Of a stretch of DNA of 57,441 nt, positions 17,476 through 26,990 are shown in pieces. Numbering within the stretch: the first letter of the stretch is position 1; every line of letters begins with the position of its first letter. The notes under the pieces were generated by a model. It had not been told where the DNA came from, did no database searches, and worked only from the letters and a program-made list of their open reading frames with translations. The translations under genes were made by a program, and so were the position numbers. Source of the stretch: an uncultured Rickettsiales bacterium (lineage in GTDB: Bacteria > Pseudomonadota > Alphaproteobacteria > Rickettsiales > JABIRX01). The stretch covers positions 1 through 57,441 of the forward strand of contig CAXDRM010000001.1 of the NCBI GenBank assembly GCA_963991775.1, read 5' to 3'.

Positions 17476-18654
17476 TCAATTTTCTGCAAGAATTTGGCCA
17501 GCAAAATGTAATGAACCACAAATTAATAACTTATCTGGCTGCTTTTCTTGAGCTAAATAATTCAAGGCTTCTTGGTAAGTGGCAAAATTTTTATTAATTT
17601 TTTGCTGCGCTCTTGCACTTAATTCAGCATATTGTTGCACTTCTTGATTTATTATATCAGCAACAAAATAAAGTTCGATATCAGCTACTGCTATGATCTC
17701 AACAAACTCAGCTACAGCCTTGCGTCCTAACATACTAAGCAATACATATTTGATTTGTTTTTTAGCAATAAAATCCATTAGATTCTTAGCTGCTGCAATA
17801 TTATGCCCACCATCTAACCAAATTTTAGTATCTGGTAAATATTTAAGCTCTACAGGTTGTAAACGCGCTGGCCAATCTAAGTAATCTTTAAAATTATCAG
17901 GCACATCCTGTTTTGTAATTGTCTGAAAAATATGTGCTGCCAAGGTAAAATTTTGCTCTTGATGCATACCTAATAAACCAATATCTGCTGCTCTATTAAT
18001 TTGCTTAGAGAAATCCTCATAAAATTCAGCATGTGGGAAATTTTGGCGGTAATACTCTTCTACTTCTGCTACTTGTTTACCAATAAATAATGCTTCATGT
18101 TCTTTGATGATACCAGCCTTTTCACCTGCTATAGTCACTACATCATTACCTAAAAATTCTTGGTGATCTAAAGATATTGGAGTAATTACTGAAGCTAATT
18201 TATTTTGAAATACATTGGTCGCATCCAACCTACCACCTAAACCTACCTCTATAATATTAAAATCTGCCGGATATTTTTTAAAAGCATAAAAAGCTAAAGC
18301 TGTTGTGGCCTCAAAAAAGGTGATTTGATAGGGTAATTGCTCGGCTATTGCTTGCAATTCAGTAGTTAACTCATCTAGCTGAGCATCACTAATATTTTGA
18401 CCTGCAAGATAGATTCTTTCATTAAATTCAACCAGATGTGGTGAGCTATAAAAATTTACCCGAGCACCTTTTGCTTCTAAAAAAGCTCGTAAATAAGCAG
18501 CTGTTGAACCTTTACCATTAGTACCAGCTATATGAATCACATTAGTTAAAACCTGCTCAGGATTACTTAATTTTTCTAGAAATCCACTGATTCTCTCTAA
18601 TTTCAAATCAATATCTTGGGCACCAACAAAGCTAGGCCATTTAGGTAATTTCAT
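17476..18654 (-). CDS. folC: Bifunctional folylpolyglutamate synthase / dihydrofolate synthase
   Basis: Mur-ligase P-loop HIAGTNGKGST, SPHLVEFNERI and LDGGHN. Its ATG overlaps the NRPS stop (TAATG at 18654). Confidence 0.9.
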   Translation of the reverse strand: MKLPKWPSFVGAQDIDLKLERISGFLEKLSNPEQVLTNVIHIAGTNGKGSTAAYLRAFLEAKGARVNFYSSPHLVEFNERIYLAGQNISDAQLDELTTELQAIAEQLPYQITFFEATTALAFYAFKKYPADFNIIEVGLGGRLDATNVFQNKLASVITPISLDHQEFLGNDVVTIAGEKAGIIKEHEALFIGKQVAEVEEYYRQNFPHAEFYEDFSKQINRAADIGLLGMHQEQNFTLAAHIFQTITKQDVPDNFKDYLDWPARLQPVELKYLPDTKIWLDGGHNIAAAKNLMDFIAKKQIKYVLLSMLGRKAVAEFVEIIAVADIELYFVADIINQEVQQYAELSARAQQKINKNFATYQEALNYLAQEKQPDKLLICGSLHFAGQILAEN

Positions 18655-21600
18655 TAGGCGCTTTGTGCAATATGTTGCTCATTAATATTAACTAAATGAG
18701 CCAAGTAGCGTTGTTTAAATTGAGTAATTTGTTCTGGTTTAAAAAATTTCTGACAATAGCTAATACGAATTATCACTTGGCCATCAACAGTTGCAGCTTC
18801 AATATTCAGTAAATATGCAGCTTTATTTTGCGGATCAATCAATTGTGCATCTTTATTAAACTCTAGTAATTTTAAAGGAAAATTATCAGGTAATTCTGAT
18901 TCAACCCGGCTTACATAATTGAAGAAAAATTTTGGCTCTGCAAATTTTAACAAAGCAGGGTTTTGTTGCTTATAACGCTCTACCATATAGCCCAAACCAT
19001 ATAAAGGAACTTCAGTAATATGCTGACCAAGCTGCTTTATAAAATCTGGTTCTGTTGGTTTTAATGCTATTGGGAATACACTATTTAACCAACCAACTGT
19101 ACGGCTTAAATTAATATCTTCTGCTAGTTTACCACGTGCATGTGAACAAATATTTACAGTAAAACTATCTGTAGCAAAATAATCACGTAAAGCATTCGCA
19201 AAACCTGCCAGCAAAATATGCTGTAACTCACTATCATGTTTTTTAGCAATTACTTCACGTAGCTCGATACTCTGCTCTTTAGTCAAAGTTAACTCTATAT
19301 AATCTTGTGCAGATTCTTCTAACTTTAATGAAGCGAGGCGCTGCCCTATAGCACTACCTGCAGCTAGTTGCTCTTGCCAAAAATCTAATTCTTGCTGCTC
19401 TGCTTTATATGCTGCTAGCCAACTCTGATAAGTTCTTAAATCTGTAGTTTTACGTAAGATATTTTGGGGATTACGTCCTTTAACGAGCTCTTTATAACAA
19501 TCTACTACATCACGCAAAATAATATTGAGTGAATGCATATCGATAGTTAAATGATGTATCAATAAAGCAAATCTAGCTTTATTATCAGCCAATTTAAAAT
19601 ATACTGCTTTAATGAGTGGTGCTTGCTCTAAACTTACAGTTCTTGCTGCTTGATTAAGATAATTATTTTGCACCTGAGTAAGCTGTTCAGCTGCAATATC
19701 TGTTAAGTCATATTCTGCTACTTTTAAAGCTAGATTAGCAGGATGATTATCTAGCTGCCATTTACCAGAAATCTCCCTAAAGGATAAACGTAAACTATCA
19801 TGAAAATTTATTACCTGATTAAGTGCCGCTATTAACTTATTTAATTCTAATTTTTTACTATCAAACTCAACTAAAGCTGCTCTTAACCAATGGTGAGGAT
19901 TTTGATATGCTTCTGCAAAAAATTTATCTTGTCTTGGATGTAACGGGTAAGTACCGGTAATTAACTCATTATTATCATAAGAAATTTTATAATCCTTTGC
20001 ATGAGCTAAAATAGCATTAATAGTACGTTGTGCAAAAAGCTCATGCGGCTCTATATAAATCTTTTTTCTTTCTAAAAGAGCCGATAATTCTAGGGTCATT
20101 AAAGAATCACCACCTAATTCAAAAAAGCTATTTTCAAGACCTATTAATTTTTTATCAATGCGTAATAATTTAGCGAAGATTTCTTGTACAGCTTTTTGCT
20201 GCTTAGTTTTAACGGGTATAATTTTTTGTTGATGAGTAATTTGTGGCTCAGGTAGAGTTTTACGATTTAACTTACCACTTGCTAATTTAGGTAATTCTTG
20301 CAGATAAATAATAAAATTTGGCACCATATATTCTGGTAATTTCTCTGCTAAAAACTCTCTTAATTTAATTTCAGCTATTTCTTGAGCAGCAGCATAATAT
20401 GCGACAATCTGTTTACTCGAATTAATATTTTTAATTAAAACTAATGACTCATCAAGCTCAGGAAATTCTCTTAACACCGCAGCTATTTCATCAAGCTCAA
20501 TACGATAACCACGTAATTTAATTTGATTATCAGCACGTGAGATATATTCAATTTCACCATTAGCAAGATAACGCACCAAATCCCCAGTACGATAAATTTT
20601 ACCCTGCCCATAAGGATTTTCTATGAAACGTTCAGCTGTTAAAGCTGCGCGATTTAAATAACCTTCTGCCAAAGCCGCACCACCAATATAAAGCTCACCA
20701 ATAGTACCTATAGGCTGCAAATTAAGCTGCTCATTTAACACATAAAATTCAGTATTAGTAATTGCTTTACCAATAGTGACCATTTTATCCTGAGCACTGC
20801 ATTCTTTAGAGCTAGCATAAATTGTTGCTTCTGTTGGACCATAAAGATTAAATAAACGCGCTTGACCAAATTTAAAATAATCCTGTACCAAATTTAAACT
20901 TAAAGCCTCACCACATAGTAAAATTTGTTTTAGTGAAGCAAGATCTTGTGGATCATGCAGCGCTTTAAGAATTAAATTAAATGCTGAAGGAACTAAACAG
21001 CTTGTTGTAATTTGTTGCTGCTTAATTAAGGAAATTAAATAAGCGGCACTTTTTGATTTTTCACTATCTGCTAAAATTAGACTAGCACCCATAGAAAGTG
21101 GCCACCAAATTTCTGCCACTGAAATATCAAAACTATAATTAGTATTTTGTAAAATCTTATCAGCAGTTGAAACCGGAAAATCTTCTTGTAACCAACTTAA
21201 GCGTACTGCCAAAGCACGATGAGTTAACATCACACCTTTAGGCTTTCCGGTAGAACCTGAAGTATAAATTAGATAAGCTAAATCATCTAAATTAGCTAAT
21301 TCTGGATTAGTAGCAGCTTGACCTGCACTATATTCGGTTAATTGCTCAATATATAATTTATCCTGCTTTAGCTCTACAAATTTGCTCTGATAAGTATGGC
21401 TAGTAAATAAAAATCTTACCTGAGCATCAGCTAAAATCTCAGCTACTCTTTCAGCAGGTGCAGTAATATCAATCGGCAAATATGTGGCACCAGCTTTTAC
21501 AATAGCTAGCATTACAGTGATTTGCTCAATTGATCTAGGTAATATTAAAGCTATTTTAGCAGCTGGTTCAAGCTGCTTACTCAGTAAAAAATGCGCTAAA

Positions 21601-23081
21601 TAATTAGCTCGCTCATTAAGTTCTTGATAGGTGATTTGGTTAGAGCCAAATTGTAATGCCAGTGCAGTTGGATATTTTGCTGCAGCTGCTTCAATAAATT
21701 CAGGTAGAGTTTTGTGTTGATAAGGGCTCTCTGTTTCATTCCATTCTTTAACTAATAAATTTTCTTCTGACTTATTTACTAAATTATAGCTACTAATTTT
21801 TTGCTCAGGATTATCCTCTATTGCTTGTAGCAAATTTTGCATATGCTCAGTCATTTGCTTAACTTGCTGCTCAGAGAAATTATCTAGCAAATATTCAAAC
21901 CAAAAAGAAATATGTGTTTCACTAATTTCGTAAATAAAAGATAAATCATCATGAATCTCAATCACTTCTGTATCAAGAGAAGTTGAAATAATCCCATCTA
22001 AAGTTAGATTTTGTAATCTAGATACAGTTTCAACCATAGATACATTGAACATCTGGCCAGAAAAATCTTTAGCTGTTTGTCTTTTAGCTTTAACAATATC
22101 TAATGATGAAAGATTTTGATGCTTTTTATCTGACCTGCGTCTCGCATCAATTCGTGCTACTAATTCAATAAAAGTAGGATCACCAGAAAGATCAATATTA
22201 AGCGGAATCACATTTACAAAAAAGCCGAAAGCATTTTTATAACCAACTGGACGGATATTCACCGGATAACCTACCAGCAATTGTTCAGGATTAAAGTAGC
22301 GCTTAGCAAAGCTTGCAAATAAAGCAGCAATTACTGAAAAAATTGAGGTTCTATTACTAAAGGCAAGCTTGCGAAAAAATTTACTCGATTCTGGTGAAAT
22401 CTCAAATTTCTCTCTTTTCGCCAAAAAGCTAGTTCGCTCACATAATTTTTTACCAATATCTAAAACATGTTCTGCTTCAGCTAAATTTTCTTGCCAATAT
22501 TGTTCATCCGCCTGTTGTTTTTCAGCTGATGATTCAGCTTCACGTTCTACTAAATAAGTTAGCCAATTTTTAGCATCACCCTGCTCCTCTTTAAAAGCAG
22601 CAAAACCTTTATTATAAATTTGTGAGATAGATTGCAAAAAATATAGAGCAGAAATACCATCAGAAATAATATGAGGCACCATGCCAATAAAGTAAAATTC
22701 TTGCTCTCCTGCTTTTATCAAAGCTGCACTAATTAAAGGAAAAGCTCGCAAATCTATAGCTTTATTACGTTTTTCTTCTAAAAATTCTAAAGCTTTTTTA
22801 CTAGGATCAACAATATCTTGATTAGTTAAATCAAGATATTCAAGATGATATTTCTCGTCGCTTAAAGCCAAAAACACTTTACCTGCTTCTTCAACAAAAT
22901 AAGAACGCAACAACTCAAAATGACTTACTACATCTTGTGCAGCCTGACAAAATTTAGCCACATCTAATTGACCTTCTAACTTAATTTTTACACAAGTATT
23001 ATAAGATGTGCCGTAAGGATCATATTTCCATTCAATCCATAGACCTTCTTGTTCTCTAGTTAGTGGATATAATTTAGTCAC
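18654..23081 (-). CDS. Single-module non-ribosomal peptide synthetase, domain order C-A-T-C
   Basis: C1 has PHIISDG (aa 136-142). A-domain motifs are LAYLIYTSGSTGKPKG, NLYGPTE, GELYIGG, YRTGD, KLRGYRIEL and SGKLNRK. The T domain has FFELGGDSL (Ser ~993). C2 has HHLTID (aa 1176-1181). There is no TE domain. Confidence 0.95.
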   Translation of the reverse strand: MTKLYPLTREQEGLWIEWKYDPYGTSYNTCVKIKLEGQLDVAKFCQAAQDVVSHFELLRSYFVEEAGKVFLALSDEKYHLEYLDLTNQDIVDPSKKALEFLEEKRNKAIDLRAFPLISAALIKAGEQEFYFIGMVPHIISDGISALYFLQSISQIYNKGFAAFKEEQGDAKNWLTYLVEREAESSAEKQQADEQYWQENLAEAEHVLDIGKKLCERTSFLAKREKFEISPESSKFFRKLAFSNRTSIFSVIAALFASFAKRYFNPEQLLVGYPVNIRPVGYKNAFGFFVNVIPLNIDLSGDPTFIELVARIDARRRSDKKHQNLSSLDIVKAKRQTAKDFSGQMFNVSMVETVSRLQNLTLDGIISTSLDTEVIEIHDDLSFIYEISETHISFWFEYLLDNFSEQQVKQMTEHMQNLLQAIEDNPEQKISSYNLVNKSEENLLVKEWNETESPYQHKTLPEFIEAAAAKYPTALALQFGSNQITYQELNERANYLAHFLLSKQLEPAAKIALILPRSIEQITVMLAIVKAGATYLPIDITAPAERVAEILADAQVRFLFTSHTYQSKFVELKQDKLYIEQLTEYSAGQAATNPELANLDDLAYLIYTSGSTGKPKGVMLTHRALAVRLSWLQEDFPVSTADKILQNTNYSFDISVAEIWWPLSMGASLILADSEKSKSAAYLISLIKQQQITTSCLVPSAFNLILKALHDPQDLASLKQILLCGEALSLNLVQDYFKFGQARLFNLYGPTEATIYASSKECSAQDKMVTIGKAITNTEFYVLNEQLNLQPIGTIGELYIGGAALAEGYLNRAALTAERFIENPYGQGKIYRTGDLVRYLANGEIEYISRADNQIKLRGYRIELDEIAAVLREFPELDESLVLIKNINSSKQIVAYYAAAQEIAEIKLREFLAEKLPEYMVPNFIIYLQELPKLASGKLNRKTLPEPQITHQQKIIPVKTKQQKAVQEIFAKLLRIDKKLIGLENSFFELGGDSLMTLELSALLERKKIYIEPHELFAQRTINAILAHAKDYKISYDNNELITGTYPLHPRQDKFFAEAYQNPHHWLRAALVEFDSKKLELNKLIAALNQVINFHDSLRLSFREISGKWQLDNHPANLALKVAEYDLTDIAAEQLTQVQNNYLNQAARTVSLEQAPLIKAVYFKLADNKARFALLIHHLTIDMHSLNIILRDVVDCYKELVKGRNPQNILRKTTDLRTYQSWLAAYKAEQQELDFWQEQLAAGSAIGQRLASLKLEESAQDYIELTLTKEQSIELREVIAKKHDSELQHILLAGFANALRDYFATDSFTVNICSHARGKLAEDINLSRTVGWLNSVFPIALKPTEPDFIKQLGQHITEVPLYGLGYMVERYKQQNPALLKFAEPKFFFNYVSRVESELPDNFPLKLLEFNKDAQLIDPQNKAAYLLNIEAATVDGQVIIRISYCQKFFKPEQITQFKQRYLAHLVNINEQHIAQSA

Positions 23082-23781
23082 TACTAATTTTTAAAATATT
23101 TTCTATAGCTGGCTTACCTTGTTTTACAGCATTATAATCATGATACATAAAGCTTAATTGCTTAGCAGAAATGATCAGCTGACAAATATTTTTGGTATGA
23201 GTATCAGGTCGTTCCACAAAAGGTCCCCACAGCTCCATATCTTTATATTGTAATTTATGAAATTCAATCATTTTTTGCGCTGAAAAATCAGTTTCTTGGC
23301 AAAAATCTTGATATTGTTCTGCTCGCCATTTTAAGACCTCAGTAGCGCGCCAAGATGAAGAGCTTAAAAAGTAATTTTCTTCTTTAGTTAAATCAACAGA
23401 TTCTAGCTTTTGACCATTCCAATCATAACGCAATTTCTCTGCCGGACTTAATAATAATAAGCTATAAGGACGATATTTATGATAATTAAGCTGCTCTAAT
23501 GCTGCTTTAGCTTGAGCAAAATTATTATCTGTTAAAATTTGTGGAATTATTGCACCACGCGAACTATCAGCTTGAGGATTATGATCATCATAACGATTAA
23601 GCAAAGCTGCAACGACACCATATTGATTTGCCGCTAACCAAGTACCAGCTGATGGATCATCAATGGGCATCAATAAATTATTTTTTAATTGCGGAGGGCT
23701 TTCACTACGTGCACGTTTCTCATCACGATTCATGGTAATCACTAAGTTATCCTCAGTGTTATAATAGGTGAGAGTACACAT
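23074..23781 (-). CDS. NRDE / TANGO2-family protein (predicted Ntn-hydrolase-like)
   Basis: It starts MCTLTYY (Cys2) and contains a literal NRDE motif (ITMNRDEKRA). About 235 aa, the typical family size. It overlaps the NRPS start by 8 nt. Confidence 0.7.
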   Translation of the reverse strand: MCTLTYYNTEDNLVITMNRDEKRARSESPPQLKNNLLMPIDDPSAGTWLAANQYGVVAALLNRYDDHNPQADSSRGAIIPQILTDNNFAQAKAALEQLNYHKYRPYSLLLLSPAEKLRYDWNGQKLESVDLTKEENYFLSSSSWRATEVLKWRAEQYQDFCQETDFSAQKMIEFHKLQYKDMELWGPFVERPDTHTKNICQLIISAKQLSFMYHDYNAVKQGKPAIENILKISSD

Positions 23782-23792
23782 AAATTAAGCTA

Positions 23793-24338
23793 CTAATTTT
23801 GCTGCTGTTCATAAATTTGGGTAGCAAAAGCCTTACCAAAATCAGCTGGTAAAACAATCTGCAATTCTAATGCGATAAGCTTAATCAGAGCAAAATGATG
23901 CACATTATGGTTAATTTGCTCTAGAAGCTCGCGGGCAAAAGTTGAGCTAACTTCAGTTTGGATATCAGTACTAATTGATTCTTTAACCGTAATTTGCCTA
24001 GCTAATTCTTGTGGCGCTAAATCAGCTAAAAAATTAATAAATTCTACTAATTTTTGCTGGGCTAATTCTGGTCTCGTCTCCAGAGCAAGATCACGCTCTC
24101 TCGCATCATAATCAAGCAAAACACTTTGTTGCTCATATGCCTTAAAGCATAATTCTGCTCTTTCAATAACATGCCTTAAATGAGCACCTATTGATGAAGA
24201 ATTTTTATTAGAAAAATTATATTGTGTTTCGCTTAATTCATTAATTAGAGAAAGAGCTTGCTCATAGTTTTTTGCTAAACAAAAACATGCTGAACTTAAA
24301 AAATCTACGCTGTTACTTTCGCTAATTCTAACCTTCAT
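23793..24338 (-). CDS. DinB_2-like four-helix-bundle metal-binding protein
   Basis: 181 aa and helical. His residues sit in HLRHVIER and HNVHHFALIKL, spaced as in the DinB-superfamily His triad. This is a weak by-eye call. Confidence 0.5.
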   Translation of the reverse strand: MKVRISESNSVDFLSSACFCLAKNYEQALSLINELSETQYNFSNKNSSSIGAHLRHVIERAELCFKAYEQQSVLLDYDARERDLALETRPELAQQKLVEFINFLADLAPQELARQITVKESISTDIQTEVSSTFARELLEQINHNVHHFALIKLIALELQIVLPADFGKAFATQIYEQQQN

Positions 24339-26982
24339 TATCTAATGCGGCTTTGGCTGCTGCAAGTCTTGCAATTGGTAAACGATATGGTGAACAAGAA
24401 ACATAATTCAAACCAAGCTGTTGACAAAATTCAATAGATTTTGGTTCACCACCATGTTCACCACAAATTCCTAATTTTAAACCAGCTTTAGTGCTTCTAC
24501 CTCTTTCAGCGGCAAGCTGTACTAATTCGCCAACACCATCTTGATCAAGTCTTACAAATGGATCATGCGCAATGATTTTTTTATCAATATATTCCGCAAT
24601 AAAACCACCTGCATCATCACGTGACATACCAAAAGTAGTTTGGGTTAAATCATTAGTACCAAAACTAAAATATTCTGCCTCTTCTGCAATTTCTGCTGCT
24701 CTGAGGGCTGCTCTTGGTAACTCAATCATCGTACCAATTTGATAGTTAAATTCATGTTGATGCTCAGCTGCTACACGCTCAGCAACTTCAATAATAATTG
24801 CTTTAAGCATTTTTAACTCTTTTACACCAAAAACTAAAGGCACCATAATTTCTATATTAGGCTTGGTTGGAGCTTTCAATGCCGCTCTAAAAATTGCTTC
24901 AGCCTGCATTGCATAAATTTCTGGGAAAGTAATACCTAAACGACAACCACGATGACCTAACATTGGATTAGCTTCATGCAGAGCTTTAATTCTTTCTTTT
25001 AATTTAGCAGTAGATATCTGAGCTGCTGTAGCAACTTGCTCTATCTCTGCTTCACTATGTGGTAAAAATTCATGCAAAGGTGGATCAAGTAATCTGATAT
25101 TTACTGGGCGTTCAGCCATAATAGTAAAAATATCAACAAAATCTTGCTCTTGAATTGGTAGTAATTTTTTAAGCGCCACTTCACGATCTGCTAATGTCTC
25201 AGCTAAAATCATTTCACGTACTGTAGTAATACGATCTTCTTCAAAAAACATATGCTCTGTACGGCACAGACCAATACCTTCAGCGCCAAAACGTACTGCA
25301 GTTTTACAATCATTTGGTGTTTCTGCATTGGTTCTGATTTGCAATTTACGGTAACTATCAGCCCAACTCATTAATTTAGCAAAATCACCAGATAGATCAG
25401 CTTCGATAGTTTTAATACTACCAAGCATCACTTCGCCTGTAGCACCATTAATAGTAAGCTCATCACCTTCTTGTAAAATTGTGCCTAAAATCTCTAGAGT
25501 TTTAGCTGCACCATCAATTTTTAAATCACCAGCACCGCTAACACATGGTTTACCCATACCACGCGCTACTACTGCAGCATGTGAAGTCATACCACCACGC
25601 GCAGTTAAGATACCTTGTGCCGCATTCATACCGCTAATATCTTCAGGACTAGTTTCAACTCTTACTAAAATTACCTTCTCTTTGCGATTAGCAGCACTAA
25701 CTGCATCATCTGCTGTAAATACTATTTTACCTACAGCCGCTCCAGGTGAAGCTGGCAAACCTTTAGTAAGAACTTGTTTTGCAGCATTAGGATCTAAAGT
25801 TGGGTGCAAGAGCTGATCAATAGCATTAGGATCAATACGCTTAATTGCTTCTTTTTCAGAGATCAAACCTTCAGCAACCATATCAACTGCAATTTTAATA
25901 CTAGCTTTGGCAGTACGTTTACCATTTCTGGTTTGCAAGATCCATAATTTACCTTTTTCAATAGTAAATTCGATATCTTGCATATCACGATAATGCTTTT
26001 CTAATTTTTGATAGATTTTAACTAATTCTTGATAAATATCAGGTAAAACCTCTTCCATAGCAGGCAAATCAGAAGCTTGCTTTTCCTTGGAGGCTATAGT
26101 GATCGGACATGGTGTTCTAATACCTGCTACTACATCTTCTCCTTGTGCATTAATCAGATATTCACCATAAAAACTATTTTCGCCATTTGAAGGATCACGT
26201 GTAAAAGCTACCCCAGTCGCGCAATCATCACCCATATTACCAAAAACCATGGCTTGGATATTCACTGCTGTACCCCAATCTTCTGAAATATCATTTAATT
26301 TACGATAAGTTATTGCTCGTGGAATCATCCAAGAATTAAATACTGCACCTATAGCACCCCAAAGCTGTTCTTTAGGATCTTCAGGAAATGCCTCTCCCGT
26401 TACTTCAAGAACCTTCTCTTTAAATTCTGCAACTAATTCTTTAAGATCTTCAGCAGTTAATGCCACATCTTCGTCAACACCACGATCTTGTTTTTTTAGA
26501 TCGATAAAATGCTCAAACTCATAATGATCAACACCAAGAACCACATCTCCATACATTTGTACAAAGCGACGATATGAATCATAAACAAAACGTGGATTAC
26601 CTGATTTTTCAGCCAGACTTTCTGCTACTTGATCATTAATACCTAAATTTAAAACCGTATCCATCATACCAGGCATTGAAACCCGAGCTCCAGATCTTAC
26701 TGAAACCAAAAGAGGATTAGCTGGATCACCAAATTTTTTAGAAATTTTACTCTCTAACTCCGCAATTTTTTGCTCTAGCTGCTCAGCTAAATCACTTGGA
26801 TAATTTTTACCTTGCTTATAATAATGGGTGCAAACTTCTGTCGTAAGAGTAATACCTGGCGGTACTGGCACACCAATTTTTGACATTTCTGCTAAATTTG
26901 CTCCTTTTCCACCAAGCAAATTACGCAAACCAGCATCTCCTTCCGCAGAGCCGTCACCAAAGCTATAAACCCATTTTGTCAT
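24328..26982 (-). CDS. ppdK: Pyruvate, phosphate dikinase
   Basis: 884 aa with LLGGKGANLAEM, GGMTSHAAVVARG (phospho-His loop) and FFSFGTNDLTQ. Confidence 0.97.
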   Translation of the reverse strand: MTKWVYSFGDGSAEGDAGLRNLLGGKGANLAEMSKIGVPVPPGITLTTEVCTHYYKQGKNYPSDLAEQLEQKIAELESKISKKFGDPANPLLVSVRSGARVSMPGMMDTVLNLGINDQVAESLAEKSGNPRFVYDSYRRFVQMYGDVVLGVDHYEFEHFIDLKKQDRGVDEDVALTAEDLKELVAEFKEKVLEVTGEAFPEDPKEQLWGAIGAVFNSWMIPRAITYRKLNDISEDWGTAVNIQAMVFGNMGDDCATGVAFTRDPSNGENSFYGEYLINAQGEDVVAGIRTPCPITIASKEKQASDLPAMEEVLPDIYQELVKIYQKLEKHYRDMQDIEFTIEKGKLWILQTRNGKRTAKASIKIAVDMVAEGLISEKEAIKRIDPNAIDQLLHPTLDPNAAKQVLTKGLPASPGAAVGKIVFTADDAVSAANRKEKVILVRVETSPEDISGMNAAQGILTARGGMTSHAAVVARGMGKPCVSGAGDLKIDGAAKTLEILGTILQEGDELTINGATGEVMLGSIKTIEADLSGDFAKLMSWADSYRKLQIRTNAETPNDCKTAVRFGAEGIGLCRTEHMFFEEDRITTVREMILAETLADREVALKKLLPIQEQDFVDIFTIMAERPVNIRLLDPPLHEFLPHSEAEIEQVATAAQISTAKLKERIKALHEANPMLGHRGCRLGITFPEIYAMQAEAIFRAALKAPTKPNIEIMVPLVFGVKELKMLKAIIIEVAERVAAEHQHEFNYQIGTMIELPRAALRAAEIAEEAEYFSFGTNDLTQTTFGMSRDDAGGFIAEYIDKKIIAHDPFVRLDQDGVGELVQLAAERGRSTKAGLKLGICGEHGGEPKSIEFCQQLGLNYVSCSPYRLPIARLAAAKAALDNEG

Positions 26983-26990
26983 GACTTATT

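Noticed and set aside
18654-23081. The NRPS might be a decaying pseudogene, as is often seen in reduced genomes.
   Set aside because: The ORF is uninterrupted over 4.4 kb. All core A-, T- and C-domain motifs are present, and it is translationally coupled to both neighbours.
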